Assembly (NCBI GenBank): GCA_963845535.1
Contig: CAWJSK010000020.1
Span: 1 to 39,210 of the forward strand
Origin: an uncultured Spirochaetota bacterium
GTDB taxonomy: Bacteria; Spirochaetota; Spirochaetia; SZUA-6; Fen-1364
Reading direction: 5' to 3'
DNA: 39,210 bases
Each line of letters starts with the position of its first letter. Positions within the stretch are counted from its first letter, which is position 1. Below, one piece after another: positions 9,490-18,466 of this stretch. A model generated the notes under the pieces. That model made no database searches. It worked only from the letters and a program-made list of their open reading frames with translations, and had not been told where the DNA came from. The translations under genes and the position numbers were made by a program.

Positions 9490-10232
9490 TACTCGCTCAT
9501 GACAAATCCGGCGGGTATCTCCAGATTTGTCGCCACGTTCTGCACGTCCTCATGGTCTTCCAGGTTTTCCACCAGGCGGAGCGCCTTCTGCGTCTTGTCG
9601 TTGTCCAGCGTGACGTTGGTGTCAGCGACGCGCGCGATTTCCGCCATGCTGTGCTCGAATCCGGCCGCTTCGAGCGCCTTGACCACGCTCTCGAAGTCCT
9701 CAGGGCTCGTGGTGACCTCGATGTTGTCACCGTCCCCGCTCACGTCCTCAGCCCCCGCGTCAAGCGCGGCGGCAAGGATGTCATCCTCCTTGTACTTGGA
9801 GGCGTCATACGTGATGAGCCCTTTCCTCTTGAACTGGTAGGAGACGCTCCCCGCTGCTCCCAGGCTCCCGCCTCCCTTGTTCAGGAGGTTGCGGATCTCC
9901 GCGGCTGCCCTGTTCTTGTTGTCCGTGAGGACGTCGATGAGCATTGCCACGCCGCCCGGCCCGTACGCCTCGTAGAGGATCTCCTCATAGCTCACGCCCT
10001 CAAGCTCTCCCGTGCCCTTCTTGATGGCCCGGTCGATGTTGTCCCGGGGCATGTTGCTGGCTTTGGCTTTCAGGATGACCGTTCGAAGGCGAGGGTTCGC
10101 CTCAGGGTCGCCGCCGCCCAGCCGCGCGGAGATGCTGATTTCCTTGATGAGCTTCGTGAACATCTGGCCGCGCTTGGCGTCCGCGAGGCCTTTCTTGTGC
10201 TTGATTGTATGCCATTTGCTATGGCCCGACAT
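9489..10232 (-). CDS. yebC: YebC/PmpR family protein
   Basis: MSGHSKWHTIKHKKG, NPRLR, NMP.DNI.RAIKKG, YEAYGPGG, TDNKNR, LED.EDVQNV.TN. Confidence 0.97.
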   Translation of the reverse strand: MSGHSKWHTIKHKKGLADAKRGQMFTKLIKEISISARLGGGDPEANPRLRTVILKAKASNMPRDNIDRAIKKGTGELEGVSYEEILYEAYGPGGVAMLIDVLTDNKNRAAAEIRNLLNKGGGSLGAAGSVSYQFKRKGLITYDASKYKEDDILAAALDAGAEDVSGDGDNIEVTTSPEDFESVVKALEAAGFEHSMAEIARVADTNVTLDNDKTQKALRLVENLEDHEDVQNVATNLEIPAGFVMSE

Positions 10233-10262
10233 GTTTCCCCTTCTCCTGGTAAAGTTTCCAAT

Positions 10263-10292
10263 ATCGTATCACGAATAAAAAATAGAAGTCAA
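10263..10292 (-). promoter_or_regulatory. Putative promoter of yebC-ruvCAB-queA
   Basis: Minus strand TTGACT-N18-TACGAT with extended -10 TG, in an AT-rich intergenic gap. Confidence 0.5.
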
Positions 10293-11573
10293 TCAGGGCC
10301 ATGTCACCCGCAAGGGACGCCCGCGCGCCTCTGAAGACATTTCGGAGGGAAGGCTGGAAAGAAGGCCGTCGAGCATCATACGCCCGGAGTCGCTGAGCGC
10401 AAGCCGGTCACCGAGCGCAGGCCGGTCGCTGAGCGCAAGCCGGTCACCGAGCGGAATGGCATATCCCCGGGAAACCCAGCTCTCCCACACTCCGGGAAAA
10501 AGCTCGTCGAAGCCGGCGCCGAACCTCCGGCGGAATGCCTCCGCCGTGATCCCTTCTTCCAGGCGCAGCCCCATCATGAGTGTTTCAAGAAGGAAATCTT
10601 CGGGCTTTATCGGCTCGAACTGCGCACCCCAGAGGCCGGGTCGGCCGCGGAGAAACGCATGGATGTCTTTCGGGTTGCTCATTCTGAGAACTCCGCCGGC
10701 CTGGGCAAGCTCGGGCCGGCCCAGGGCTTTCGCCACGGGGCCTGCCGGCAGAGTGGATACAGCGCCCGGGCCTGCCCCCAGGTAGGGCTCAAGCCGCCAG
10801 TAGCGAAGGTTGTGCCTGCACTCTTTGCCGGGTGAGCAGAAGTTGGATACCTCGTAATGCTTGAAGCCTCGACGCTTCAGCTCCTCCACGCCGGCAAACC
10901 ACAGCTCCTCGTCTTTTTCCGCCGAGTTGGCGCGGACTTCTCCGCGCTGAACCAGGCGCTCGAGAGGGGTGTCGGGCTCGTAGGTCAGCGAATAAAGAGA
11001 AACATGGGACGCAGGAAGCTCGTCAAGGAGGGAAAGGTCCTCTCTCACTTCGCGCGGCTCCTGGCCCGGGATACCGGCTATGAAGTCGAGGTTCACGTCC
11101 CTGTCCCACCGCAGGCGCAACAGTTCGACCGCCCGCAAGATGTCCGACCTGCTGGCTGTCCTTCGAAGGGCGCGCAGCCGCCTGTCATCAGTGCTTTGCA
11201 CCCCTGCGCTGATCCGCGTGACGCCGGCTTTCCGGCAAGCATCCAGGAACTCCTGGTCGATCGACTCAGGGTTTGCTTCCACCGTCCATTCTTCGCTGTC
11301 GGGATGACCGAGCCCGCCCAGCAGTCGGCGTAACACGGGTCGGGGCAGGGTGCTTGGAGTCCCTCCACCCATAAAGACGGTCTGCGGAGGTCGGTCATAA
11401 CCAAGCAGGCCGAGGAAGAAGGCGGCCTGCTGGATCGTCTGATTTATAACGGCTTCCGTGATCTGATCACTGACCTGGCGCTTGGGCACGGAGTAGAAGT
11501 TGCAATACAGGCACTTGTCGACGCAGAAGGGAACGTGGACGTACAGCGAGAGGGAGAGCTCAGAGCTTGCCAA
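10293..11573 (-). CDS. hemW: Radical SAM heme chaperone HemW (HemN-like)
   Basis: LYVHVPFCVDKCLYCNF (CxxxCxxC), GGGTPS, EANP, YEVSNF, HNLRYW (HNxxYW signature of HemW). Confidence 0.88.
   Translation of the reverse strand: MASSELSLSLYVHVPFCVDKCLYCNFYSVPKRQVSDQITEAVINQTIQQAAFFLGLLGYDRPPQTVFMGGGTPSTLPRPVLRRLLGGLGHPDSEEWTVEANPESIDQEFLDACRKAGVTRISAGVQSTDDRRLRALRRTASRSDILRAVELLRLRWDRDVNLDFIAGIPGQEPREVREDLSLLDELPASHVSLYSLTYEPDTPLERLVQRGEVRANSAEKDEELWFAGVEELKRRGFKHYEVSNFCSPGKECRHNLRYWRLEPYLGAGPGAVSTLPAGPVAKALGRPELAQAGGVLRMSNPKDIHAFLRGRPGLWGAQFEPIKPEDFLLETLMMGLRLEEGITAEAFRRRFGAGFDELFPGVWESWVSRGYAIPLGDRLALSDRPALGDRLALSDSGRMMLDGLLSSLPSEMSSEARGRPLRVTWP
10389..10453. repeat. In-frame tandem repeat in the hemW 3' end
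   Basis: GTCGCTGAGCGCAAGCCGGTCACCGAGCG occurs exactly at 10389-10417 and 10425-10453 (period 36, built of 18-nt subunits). Encodes LGDRLALSDRPALGDRLALSD. Confidence 0.9.
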
Positions 11574-12309
11574 TCGAGCGCGGCGGCCAATAGCGGTAGA
11601 TCACCTTGCCAATGATCCTGTCCGCCGGGACGGGACCCCAGGACCTGCTGTCGGAGGACTCCGGCCTGTTGTCCCCCATCACGTAGTATTCCCTGTCCTT
11701 CAGGACCAGCTCATCCTCGTTGCCGGAAAACGGCAGCGACGCGTCCCACCCCGGGGCGTTCAGCACCGAGCGGGCGCCGTAGCGCACGGGCACGAGCTGA
11801 TCCTCTGCAACAAAGTCCGAGGCGCCTCTGGGCTTGATCCAGGCTTTGTAGTTGCTCAGCCGGACTGTGTCCCCCGGGATGCCGATGATCCTCTTCAGCA
11901 TGTAGCTGGTCACGCGGCCGCCGTACAGGTCCCTGCGAAGCGTTGCCTTCTGAAGCGTGAAGAAGCTTACGACGGGCTGGAACAGCTTTATCAGAACCGA
12001 CTCGTCATCATAGAACGGGGGCTGCACCATGACCAGGTCACCGCGTTGCGGCAGCGTGAGACCGGGAAACCTGGCATGAGAGAAAGGCATGCGAGGCCCG
12101 AATGCAAGCATGCTGACCATCACCCGGTCTGCCGGGTTGACCTGCGGCTCCATGGACACGGATTCCACGCGGTATGTGGCCACGATGAACCGTGACACGA
12201 CAAGATACAGGATGAAGGCGATGAGCAGGATGCGGAACGTGCGCGTCCCGAAGAGAGACATCCTCCGTTTTCGGACAGAGGAGGAATATCGCTCGACCGA
12301 GCCTATCAT
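11560..12309 (-). CDS. lepB: Signal peptidase I (second paralog)
   Basis: TM then VESVSMEP (catalytic Ser), RGDLV, MLKRIIGIPGD (Lys), MGDNRPESSDSRSWG. Confidence 0.93.
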   Translation of the reverse strand: MIGSVERYSSSVRKRRMSLFGTRTFRILLIAFILYLVVSRFIVATYRVESVSMEPQVNPADRVMVSMLAFGPRMPFSHARFPGLTLPQRGDLVMVQPPFYDDESVLIKLFQPVVSFFTLQKATLRRDLYGGRVTSYMLKRIIGIPGDTVRLSNYKAWIKPRGASDFVAEDQLVPVRYGARSVLNAPGWDASLPFSGNEDELVLKDREYYVMGDNRPESSDSRSWGPVPADRIIGKVIYRYWPPRSIGKL

Positions 12310-12315
12310 CCTTCC

Positions 12316-13356
12316 TTACCTGATGACGCCGAACCGCGAGAGAGGCCAGTACCGGAACAGCCCCTTGCCCAGCACCTTGTCCAGGCTGACAGTGCCGAAG
12401 TATCGCGCGTCCCGGGAGTTGTCGCGGTTGTCCCCCATGGGGAAGATCCTCCCCCGCGGCACGTAGTACCCCTCCTGGAGGAGCCGCCAGTCAGCGGCCT
12501 TCGCGAAGTTGAAAGGCTCGAGCGCCCACTCGATGCGGCTCTGCCAAAGGTCCACGTAGATCTCATCATTAAGGGCAGTCAGACGGAAGTGGGGAGCGCC
12601 GCTGGAATCCGTTGTGACCTCGTAGTTCCGCGCAAGGGCCTGTTTCTGCGCGTCCGTCACGGCGAGCCCGGCGGCCTCCAGCGCGCTTCCGATCCCCTGG
12701 TCCCGGTAGTACTTGTATTCGTCCGGGTTGATGGATCGATACGACGGATAGCTCATCCCGAGGCTCTGCTTCAATTGCGATTCCGGCATCCAGGTCGATT
12801 CACCCGGAGGGAGGATCTCCACGTTTCCTTCCCGCATGCGCAGCCGGTCCCCCGGCATCCCGATGGCCCTCTTGATCAGGAAGTGGTGCTTGGGCTGGCC
12901 GTATTCATCCTTGTCGATGTCCACGAGGGACAGTGTGACCATGTAGATGACCCGTTGGAGGATGTCTTTGAGCGGGCCGCTGGAGATGTATTCAGGGCTC
13001 TCGAAGATGATCACGTCTCCCCGCGCGGGGACCGTGAAGCCCGGCATTTTCAGCATGCCCGGGATCAGCTCGGGACCATAGATGATCTTGTTGACGAAGA
13101 TGCGGTCACTCACCAGAAGGCTGGGTTCCATGGACGGGGACGGTATCTGGTAGGCCTGGAGGAGGTACTGGTTGATGACCAGGACGATGACGACCGCGGA
13201 GGCAATTGCATCTATCCAATCCACCACGGGGTTGCGTTTCTTCTGCCTGGCCTTTCGGGCGAGAGATCTCTTTTTGCGCCAGCTGAGAAAACGCTCCGTT
13301 GCGGTCTGGACGTCCCTCTCCCACTGCATCCACGCGGTGTTTGTATTTCCTGCCAT
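12316..13356 (-). CDS. lepB: Signal peptidase I
   Basis: YQIPSPSMEPSL, RGDVIIF, LIKRAIGMPGD, MGDNRDNSRDARYFG. Confidence 0.95.
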   Translation of the reverse strand: MAGNTNTAWMQWERDVQTATERFLSWRKKRSLARKARQKKRNPVVDWIDAIASAVVIVLVINQYLLQAYQIPSPSMEPSLLVSDRIFVNKIIYGPELIPGMLKMPGFTVPARGDVIIFESPEYISSGPLKDILQRVIYMVTLSLVDIDKDEYGQPKHHFLIKRAIGMPGDRLRMREGNVEILPPGESTWMPESQLKQSLGMSYPSYRSINPDEYKYYRDQGIGSALEAAGLAVTDAQKQALARNYEVTTDSSGAPHFRLTALNDEIYVDLWQSRIEWALEPFNFAKAADWRLLQEGYYVPRGRIFPMGDNRDNSRDARYFGTVSLDKVLGKGLFRYWPLSRFGVIR

Positions 13357-13394
13357 GCCAGCTCCGTGTCGAGGGTATCATGGGACGCGAATCG

Positions 13395-13423
13395 TTGACA
13401 AGCGAGTACGGCATTCCTATAAT
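13395..13423 (+). promoter_or_regulatory. Perfect-consensus sigma70 promoter of the FGE-gene/smpB/ssrA unit
   Basis: TTGACA(13395-13400)-N17-TATAAT(13418-13423); ATG follows 7 nt later at 13431. Confidence 0.85.
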
Positions 13424-13430
13424 CCCCCGC

Positions 13431-15090
13431 ATGTCGAAAAAGGACTGGGCCGCCCCTCTGCCGCAATCTGATGAGATCACCGTTCATCTGAAGCCCTTCC
13501 TCGGCATGCGGCCAGGGGTATACCTCACGTGGCTCTACGCGGCGGCCATCGTGGTCATTCTTTTTTTCATTCTCTTCTATCCTGGGTTGCATGCGCGCGG
13601 CGCTTTCCTTGCCGTATCGACTTATCCTGACAAGGTCACCGTAAAGGTGGATGGCTTGTACGCGGGAAGCACGCCATGCACCGTTTTCCTCAAACACGGC
13701 GCGCGCACGGTTGAGCTCTCCAAGCCTTACTATTCTCCCATCACCTTGAAAGAGAACGTGCGCGGGAGAGTCTTTGCAACCCTGTTGTTTCCGGACACCA
13801 GTCGCACAAGCCAGCGCATAAGCGTTTCAGATCTTGATGGGCTTCTGTCCTGGTCCCTGACTGACTTCCAGAAGAATCCCGAAATTCCTCAGATCATCTC
13901 GGACGCTTCCAGGGCAGTTACTGATGACAGCTCGCACTTGAAGATGTATGATTTTTTGGACAATTGTGCCAGGTATATCTCTCCGGGTTCGCAATATATT
14001 TCTTCGGAAGCGCAGCTAAGGGAGCTACTGATAGCCGCGTCGAGGGCTTCATCGCTCGGAGGATTCTTGTCGCCGTCCTCCTGGGTCAAACTTGTAGAAG
14101 ATTCGGTACATGTTAAACAGAAATATGATAATGCGGGGTCCTGGCTCCTTCTGACGCTGAATCGCGACAAAGCGGACAAGCTCGCGGGGTCTGACTGGAT
14201 CCTGCAATATCTCACGAATTACCGAGAGAAGATGTCGAAGTACTACCAGGGCCGGTTCCCTCCTTCAGTTGGCGCAGGAGGACGGCTCCTGGTTGTGCAA
14301 GGGGCGAGCTACCGGTCCGTCCCGTCCGGCGAGCTGACGATGGGCCGTGATGACAACATCGACTCGCTGGGAAAGATGGTGGACAGGCTCCTCCCCCACC
14401 CCGTGGCCGTGGAGTCTTTCTACCTGGGTGAGACGGAGGTGACAAACCGGGAGTTTGCCGCCTTTGTGGCGCAGAACCCTCAGTGGAGCCCTGCCAACAC
14501 CGCTGCGCTGGTCGCGAATGGCCAGGCAAATGACTCGTACCTGTCCGATTGGGTGAATGCAAGACCTCCAGCCGGCACGGAAGACCTTCCCGTCACCTCG
14601 ATATCGTTCTTTGCGGCAAGCGCATACTGCGACTGGCTGACCCGCTCCGTGCAGGCCGTTCTTCCGGGGTACGTCGCGCGGCTTCCCTACGAAAGCGAAT
14701 GGGAATGGGCGGCTCGCGGCGGGCTGCGGGGCGTTCCCTTCCCTCTCGGAGAGAAGCCGGGAGCCGCGGTGTTCTATCACAAGGGGATAGTTGGACCTTC
14801 CCGCGCAGGCGCCTCCGAGCCCAACGGCTATGGGCTTCGAGACATGGCGGGCAATGTCTGGCAGTGGTGCCTCGACCCATACGCCCCCTCCAGCTATCTC
14901 GTTTCCTCACTCGACCCGGCTCTGAACGCTTCCTATGAGAAGGCGTACGCCCCCGGCCCGGACAGGGTCGTCAGGGGCGGTTCGTGGAACAACCAGTCCG
15001 AGCAGATCACGGTATTCACCCGGGGGTCCCGAGCCGGCTGAGTGGTCCACGCCGTATCTCGGTTTTCGGGTGGCGATGGCGCGGAAATAG
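13431..15090 (+). CDS. Membrane-anchored PEGA + formylglycine-generating-enzyme (SUMF1/FGE-sulfatase) domain protein, +1 frameshift near 15031
   Basis: TM, PEGA-like (STYPDKVTVKVDG.YAGSTP), TEVTN..F, LPV..IS..AA.AYC.WL, RLP.E.EWEWAARGG, NGYGL.DMAGNVWQW, VVRGGSW. Removing one base near 15031 restores the family ending RGSQPAEWSTPYLGFRVAMARK* (stop 15088-15090). Confidence 0.85.
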
Positions 15091-15104
15091 CCCCAGGGAT
15101 TTCC

Positions 15105-15569
15105 ATGGCAAAGACCGAAGACGGTATCAAAGTCCTCGCTTTCAACAGGAAGGCGCGGTTCAACTACGCCATCCAGGAGAGCTTCGAGTGCGGGATTGTC
15201 CTGAAGGGCACGGAAGTGAAGTCAATCAAGGAGGGCCGTTTCTCCTTTGCTGACTCCTATGCGCTGGTGGAAAGAGACGAGCTGTGGCTGATAGATTTCC
15301 ACGTCACTCAGTACACCTTTGGCAACCGGGTCAATCATGATCCGCTGCGGAGAAGGAAGCTCCTGGTGCACAAGAAGGAAATCAAGCGCCTGGCCAGGGT
15401 CACGGATGAAAAAGGCTTGACCCTTGTTCCGCTCAAGGTCTACCTTAAACGTGGGATGGTAAAGTGCGAGCTGGGAATCGCAAAAGGGAAAAAGCTCTTT
15501 GACAAGCGAGACGACATCAGGAAAAGAGATCAGAAGAGGGAGATCGAGCGCGAATACCGGATAAAGTAG
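15105..15569 (+). CDS. smpB: SsrA-binding protein SmpB
   Basis: NRKARFNY, ECGIVLKGTEVKSI, HDP.R.RKLL.HK.EI, GLTLVPL, AKGKK..DKR. Start ATG 15105. Confidence 0.98.
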   Translation: MAKTEDGIKVLAFNRKARFNYAIQESFECGIVLKGTEVKSIKEGRFSFADSYALVERDELWLIDFHVTQYTFGNRVNHDPLRRRKLLVHKKEIKRLARVTDEKGLTLVPLKVYLKRGMVKCELGIAKGKKLFDKRDDIRKRDQKREIEREYRIK

Positions 15570-15588
15570 GCGCTCAAGCCTCCGCACA

Positions 15589-15723
15589 CGGAGCTCTCCC
15601 GCTGTTCGCTTCGCGAACAGCTGCCGCGCTTCGCATTTTCGCCAAAGGCGGAAGTGCTAGCCCTTCCGCCGTCCGCTTCGCGTCCGGCGAAAGGGCTCCG
15701 CAATTGCGCATTCGCGCAATTGC
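15589..15723. repeat. Nested palindrome cluster (REP/MITE-like or structured RNA) between smpB and ssrA
   Basis: Stems GCTGTTCGC/GCGAACAGC (15601-15621), GGCGGAAG/CTTCCGCC (15647-15670) inside TTTCGCC/GGCGAAA (15637-15692), outer CGGAGCTCT/AGGGCTCCG (15589-15700), and GCAATTGCGC/GCGCAATTGC (15700-15723). Confidence 0.6.
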
Positions 15724-15726
15724 TAC

Positions 15727-16073
15727 GGGGGTGCAACGGTCTCGACTGGGGTCGGTTCGGCCATGGGCTGCAGGTGGAGCGCCAGTCTCCTAAAAATGGC
15801 AAAAACACAACTGCCAATAACGCAGATTTCGCAATGGCTGCTTAAGTGCGGCCACGGGTCTCTGGAGCGTGGTCCCGAACATCCGGAGGTGCCTGTAACA
15901 AACCGGGGCTTACTCGTACGCATGCCAGCGGGCGCGCGGGGACATTAAAGCCGGCTTTGACGGGAAGCGGGACGCCGCCTCCCAAACTTTCCGTCGAGAC
16001 TTGATGGGCGGATAAACCTGTAGAGGTTCTTGGCTAACACTCTAGGACGCGGGTTCAACTCCCGCCACCTCCA
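15727..16073 (+). ncRNA. ssrA: tmRNA; tag peptide (A)ANNADFAMAA* at 15813-15845
   Basis: 5' GGGGGTGCAACGGTCTCGAC pairs with 3' CACCTCC-A including the G3:U alanyl determinant. T-arm GCGGGTTCAACTCCCGC. Tag ORF ends in AA-stop. Directly downstream of smpB. CCA end is not encoded. Confidence 0.97.
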
Positions 16074-16080
16074 TTTCATC

Positions 16081-16105
16081 AAAGCCCGTATTTTACGGGC
16101 TTTTT
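16081..16105 (+). terminator. Intrinsic terminator of ssrA
   Basis: AAAGCCCGTA-TTT-TACGGGCTTTTT perfect hairpin plus U tract. Confidence 0.9.
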
Positions 16106-16109
16106 ATTG

Positions 16110-16772
16110 GTGCGCCCGACGGGGCGCACCCACTCGGAAGTGAAAGTTCTCTACTGGCCCGATAGGGGGAACAGTCAGACCCAACGGCAAGGGTGTCCGT
16201 CGCGAGGCGGAATCCGAAGGAAGCCGCAGGCAAAGCGCTGGCCTGACGAACAGGAATTGCATGAGGCAGCCATGAGGGACGAGAGGGCCAAAATACTCAA
16301 AGTCCAATACCTGTACAGAACTCATGGAAGTAGATGCAGCGGGCATAAGCGCGAAGGTGGGTGCGCATTACTCGGGGAGATCTGCCCATCTGCTCGGTGA
16401 GCTACTCTCGCCGCGAGACGAGGGGATGGGTGGGCAGAAGTCAGCAGAGGGCATAGTAGGCAATTCGATCAGTGCCGAAGGCCCGAACATGAGCTTGGAG
16501 GACGGGAGCCTGAGTTTCGATGGCGAAGGAGAGGCAGAGTAGTATGGCTGAGAAGCCCGATCCCATACCCGGAAGTGGCGGACGGAATCCGCAAGGACGG
16601 GGCGTTGGTGCCTCAAACGCCGCGACAAGGAAGGAAGAGACCCGATCGACAGAGCAGAGTCTGATGGAGGAGGTGGTCGAGAGCAAGAACATGCAGGAGG
16701 CCTACCGAAAGGTGGTGGGGAATCAAGGAGCGGCGGGCATCGACGAGATGGCCGTCGAAGAATTGAAACCTT
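16110..16772 (+). mobile_element. Truncated group II intron, class IIC (domains I-III and start of IV only)
   Basis: Starts GTGCGCCCG just after a terminator. Contains IIC-type motifs GTGAAAGT, GGCAAGGGTGTCCGTCGCGAGGCGGAATCCGAAGGAAGC, GGGGAGATCTG..CAGAAGTCAGCAGAGGGCATAGTA..GAAGGCCCGAAC. Followed by an RT N-terminus; no domain V/VI found. Confidence 0.9.
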
Positions 16773-16774
16773 AA
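16520..16774 (+). pseudogene. ltrA: Group II intron reverse transcriptase/maturase, N-terminal (RT0) fragment
   Basis: LMEEVVESKNMQEAYRKVVGNQGAAGIDEMAVEELKP* matches RT0 (N...A...V..N.GA.G.D); stops before RT1-7 and YADD. Confidence 0.88.
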
Positions 16775-16989
16775 CATTACGTTCCACTCTTGGCGCGCCT
16801 TTGCCAACACGTTCATGCGCCGCGCAAGGGGAATCTCAGGAGAGAAGGTCCGGCTGCTCACACGCCACGACAGCGAAGCTATGACGGAGCACTATTCTGC
16901 TTTCCGCCTGGGAGGACTTCAAGGACGTTGCGGCGGCCCAGGATGCGCTTGTCGCCAGCTTCACCGCTGAGGATGCCCTGAAATCATAG
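16773..16989 (+). pseudogene. Tyrosine recombinase/integrase C-terminal remnant (absent from the ORF track)
   Basis: Frame from 16773 reads NITFHSWRAFANTFMRRARGISGEKVRLLTRHDSEAMTEHYSAFRL, then after a 1-nt shift (GGG near 16910) EDFKDVAAAQDALVASFTAEDALKS*. Shows HxxR, LTxH and catalytic Tyr spacing of box II. Confidence 0.8.
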
Positions 16990-17016
16990 AGCAGAGGCTT
17001 TAGGGCTATGAGAAAG

Positions 17017-17241
17017 TTAAGCCCGAACGGGCTTTGAGGGTCTCTGAGCTGCTCTCGCGGGGAAACCGTAAGTAGTGACATTCTGGCTCTCAAAGGCAGC
17101 ACTCTCAGGACTGCCCGAGAGCACGGGAAGAAAAGGGCCTGGCGTGAGTCGTTCTGAAACCACTTTTATGAGTGGATTCGAGACAACTGAACATAAGCCG
17201 CTGCTTTCAAAAGTCGCAGCTGAATCGCTCGTGTGACTCAT
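17017..17241 (-). CDS. Small hypothetical protein (74 aa)
   Basis: ATG 17241 preceded by purine-rich GAGGGAGAGAAAAGAAAG; co-oriented 75 nt downstream of the ClpP-like gene. Confidence 0.45.
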   Translation of the reverse strand: MSHTSDSAATFESSGLCSVVSNPLIKVVSERLTPGPFLPVLSGSPESAAFESQNVTTYGFPARAAQRPSKPVRA

Positions 17242-17315
17242 CTTTCTTTTCTCTCCCTCTGAAATATACAAAAAACTCTAACACGCGGCTTCGCCATGTT
17301 CAAGGTAACCCTACA

Positions 17316-18428
17316 CTATTCCCATCTTGATGATAGAATCGGCGTTGCGATTCGAAAGTTGAGATCCGGTTGCCGGAAACCAAAGATCTTTCCGCGCGTC
17401 ATCCATCTCGCTGTGGACTTTAGCCCCTCCACAACAACCGCCATAAGGGCAAAATCCAGTACCGGCCCCTGACTGGTGCTCAAGTTGGAAAGGATCTGAT
17501 TCCACATCTGCTGAGCCATTTGGGGCGGCGTATTGCTCGGGACATTCACAATGGGAGGAGCGGCCATAAGAGCCGCAGAAGCCGGATCACTCAAGTAGAT
17601 TGCCATCGGATTGAAGAAATCATTCATCTGCATTTCATCTTCAAAGTCTTTGAATAACTCCCATATGAGGTCTTCAGTAGCGGGGTCCGAATCCGCAATC
17701 ATCAGTTCCAGCTCCATTGCTTCGCTTCTCGATACTGCATGGCCGTGACTGAAGTAATTCTTGCTTAACTGCTCCGCAATGATTGCTGCTTTCGGAGCAT
17801 TCTCGCCCTTCATGTGTAGTTTGAGAAGTTTTTCCGCCATTACAATGGACTGCATTGCAGCTCGCTTGCCAGCGCCGATGGCACTTGGTTCGATCTGATT
17901 GGCGAGCTGTGAGATGAGCTGGACTTTCTCTTTCTGCTCTGTGATCCCTGCTTCTTCCTGTACGAATGCGGTGTATGCAGTGACGTCTTGATAGGCAAAC
18001 TGCTGCATTCCGTCTTTCTTTGCCACCGTCATTTGAGGATCTACCGGGCCCAGGGACGCAAGTGGATGGAGAACGATTTCGTCACAGCCAAGTGCCAACA
18101 GAGTTGCAGCACTGAAAGCATAGTGTGGAACAAGGCAGGACAACTTGCAGCCGTCCCCCAAATACTCACGGATCATCGTGATAATGCGCCACGAGGCCAA
18201 TCCGTCACCACCGAAACTATTCACAAGGATGTCGAGATCCTTTGTTCCCTTTGGCAGCTCCTTCAGCTGACTGACAAACTGCGGAAGCGCGTCCATTGCG
18301 ATGATCCCCTGAGCCGCTACCGTAGCCCCTGGCATCGTTTGGCGGCCACTTGTGACATAGGCAATTAACGGTCTTTTACGCTTCTTGGAGATTTGCTCGT
18401 AGAGCCCTTTTCGCTTATCGAATCCCAT
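17316..18428 (-). CDS. ClpP/crotonase-fold serine protease, SDH_sah (serine dehydrogenase proteinase) / SppA-like family
   Basis: LDILVNSFGGD, VPHYAFSAATLLALGCDEIVL...SLGPVDPQ, YFSHGHAVSR.EA..L.L. SD GGAGG before ATG 18428 (GTG 18434 alternative). Confidence 0.85.
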   Translation of the reverse strand: MGFDKRKGLYEQISKKRKRPLIAYVTSGRQTMPGATVAAQGIIAMDALPQFVSQLKELPKGTKDLDILVNSFGGDGLASWRIITMIREYLGDGCKLSCLVPHYAFSAATLLALGCDEIVLHPLASLGPVDPQMTVAKKDGMQQFAYQDVTAYTAFVQEEAGITEQKEKVQLISQLANQIEPSAIGAGKRAAMQSIVMAEKLLKLHMKGENAPKAAIIAEQLSKNYFSHGHAVSRSEAMELELMIADSDPATEDLIWELFKDFEDEMQMNDFFNPMAIYLSDPASAALMAAPPIVNVPSNTPPQMAQQMWNQILSNLSTSQGPVLDFALMAVVVEGLKSTARWMTRGKIFGFRQPDLNFRIATPILSSRWE

Positions 18429-18466
18429 TTTCACTTCCTCCGGCGAGACAACATTAAGACGCTCGC

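Noticed and set aside
11560..13356. Tandem signal peptidases as a novelty
   Set aside because: Adjacent lepB paralogs near smpB are already known in spirochaetes, and both have normal Ser/Lys dyads.
15654..15845. 63-aa ORF ending ANNADFAMAA
   Set aside because: It is the tmRNA tag reading frame extended upstream, not an independent gene.
16990..17315. Integron attC-like motifs (GCTTAAC at a stop codon, CTCTAAC near 17277)
   Set aside because: No matching GTTRRRY with the required inverted-repeat structure, and the integrase fragment shows no IntI-specific features.
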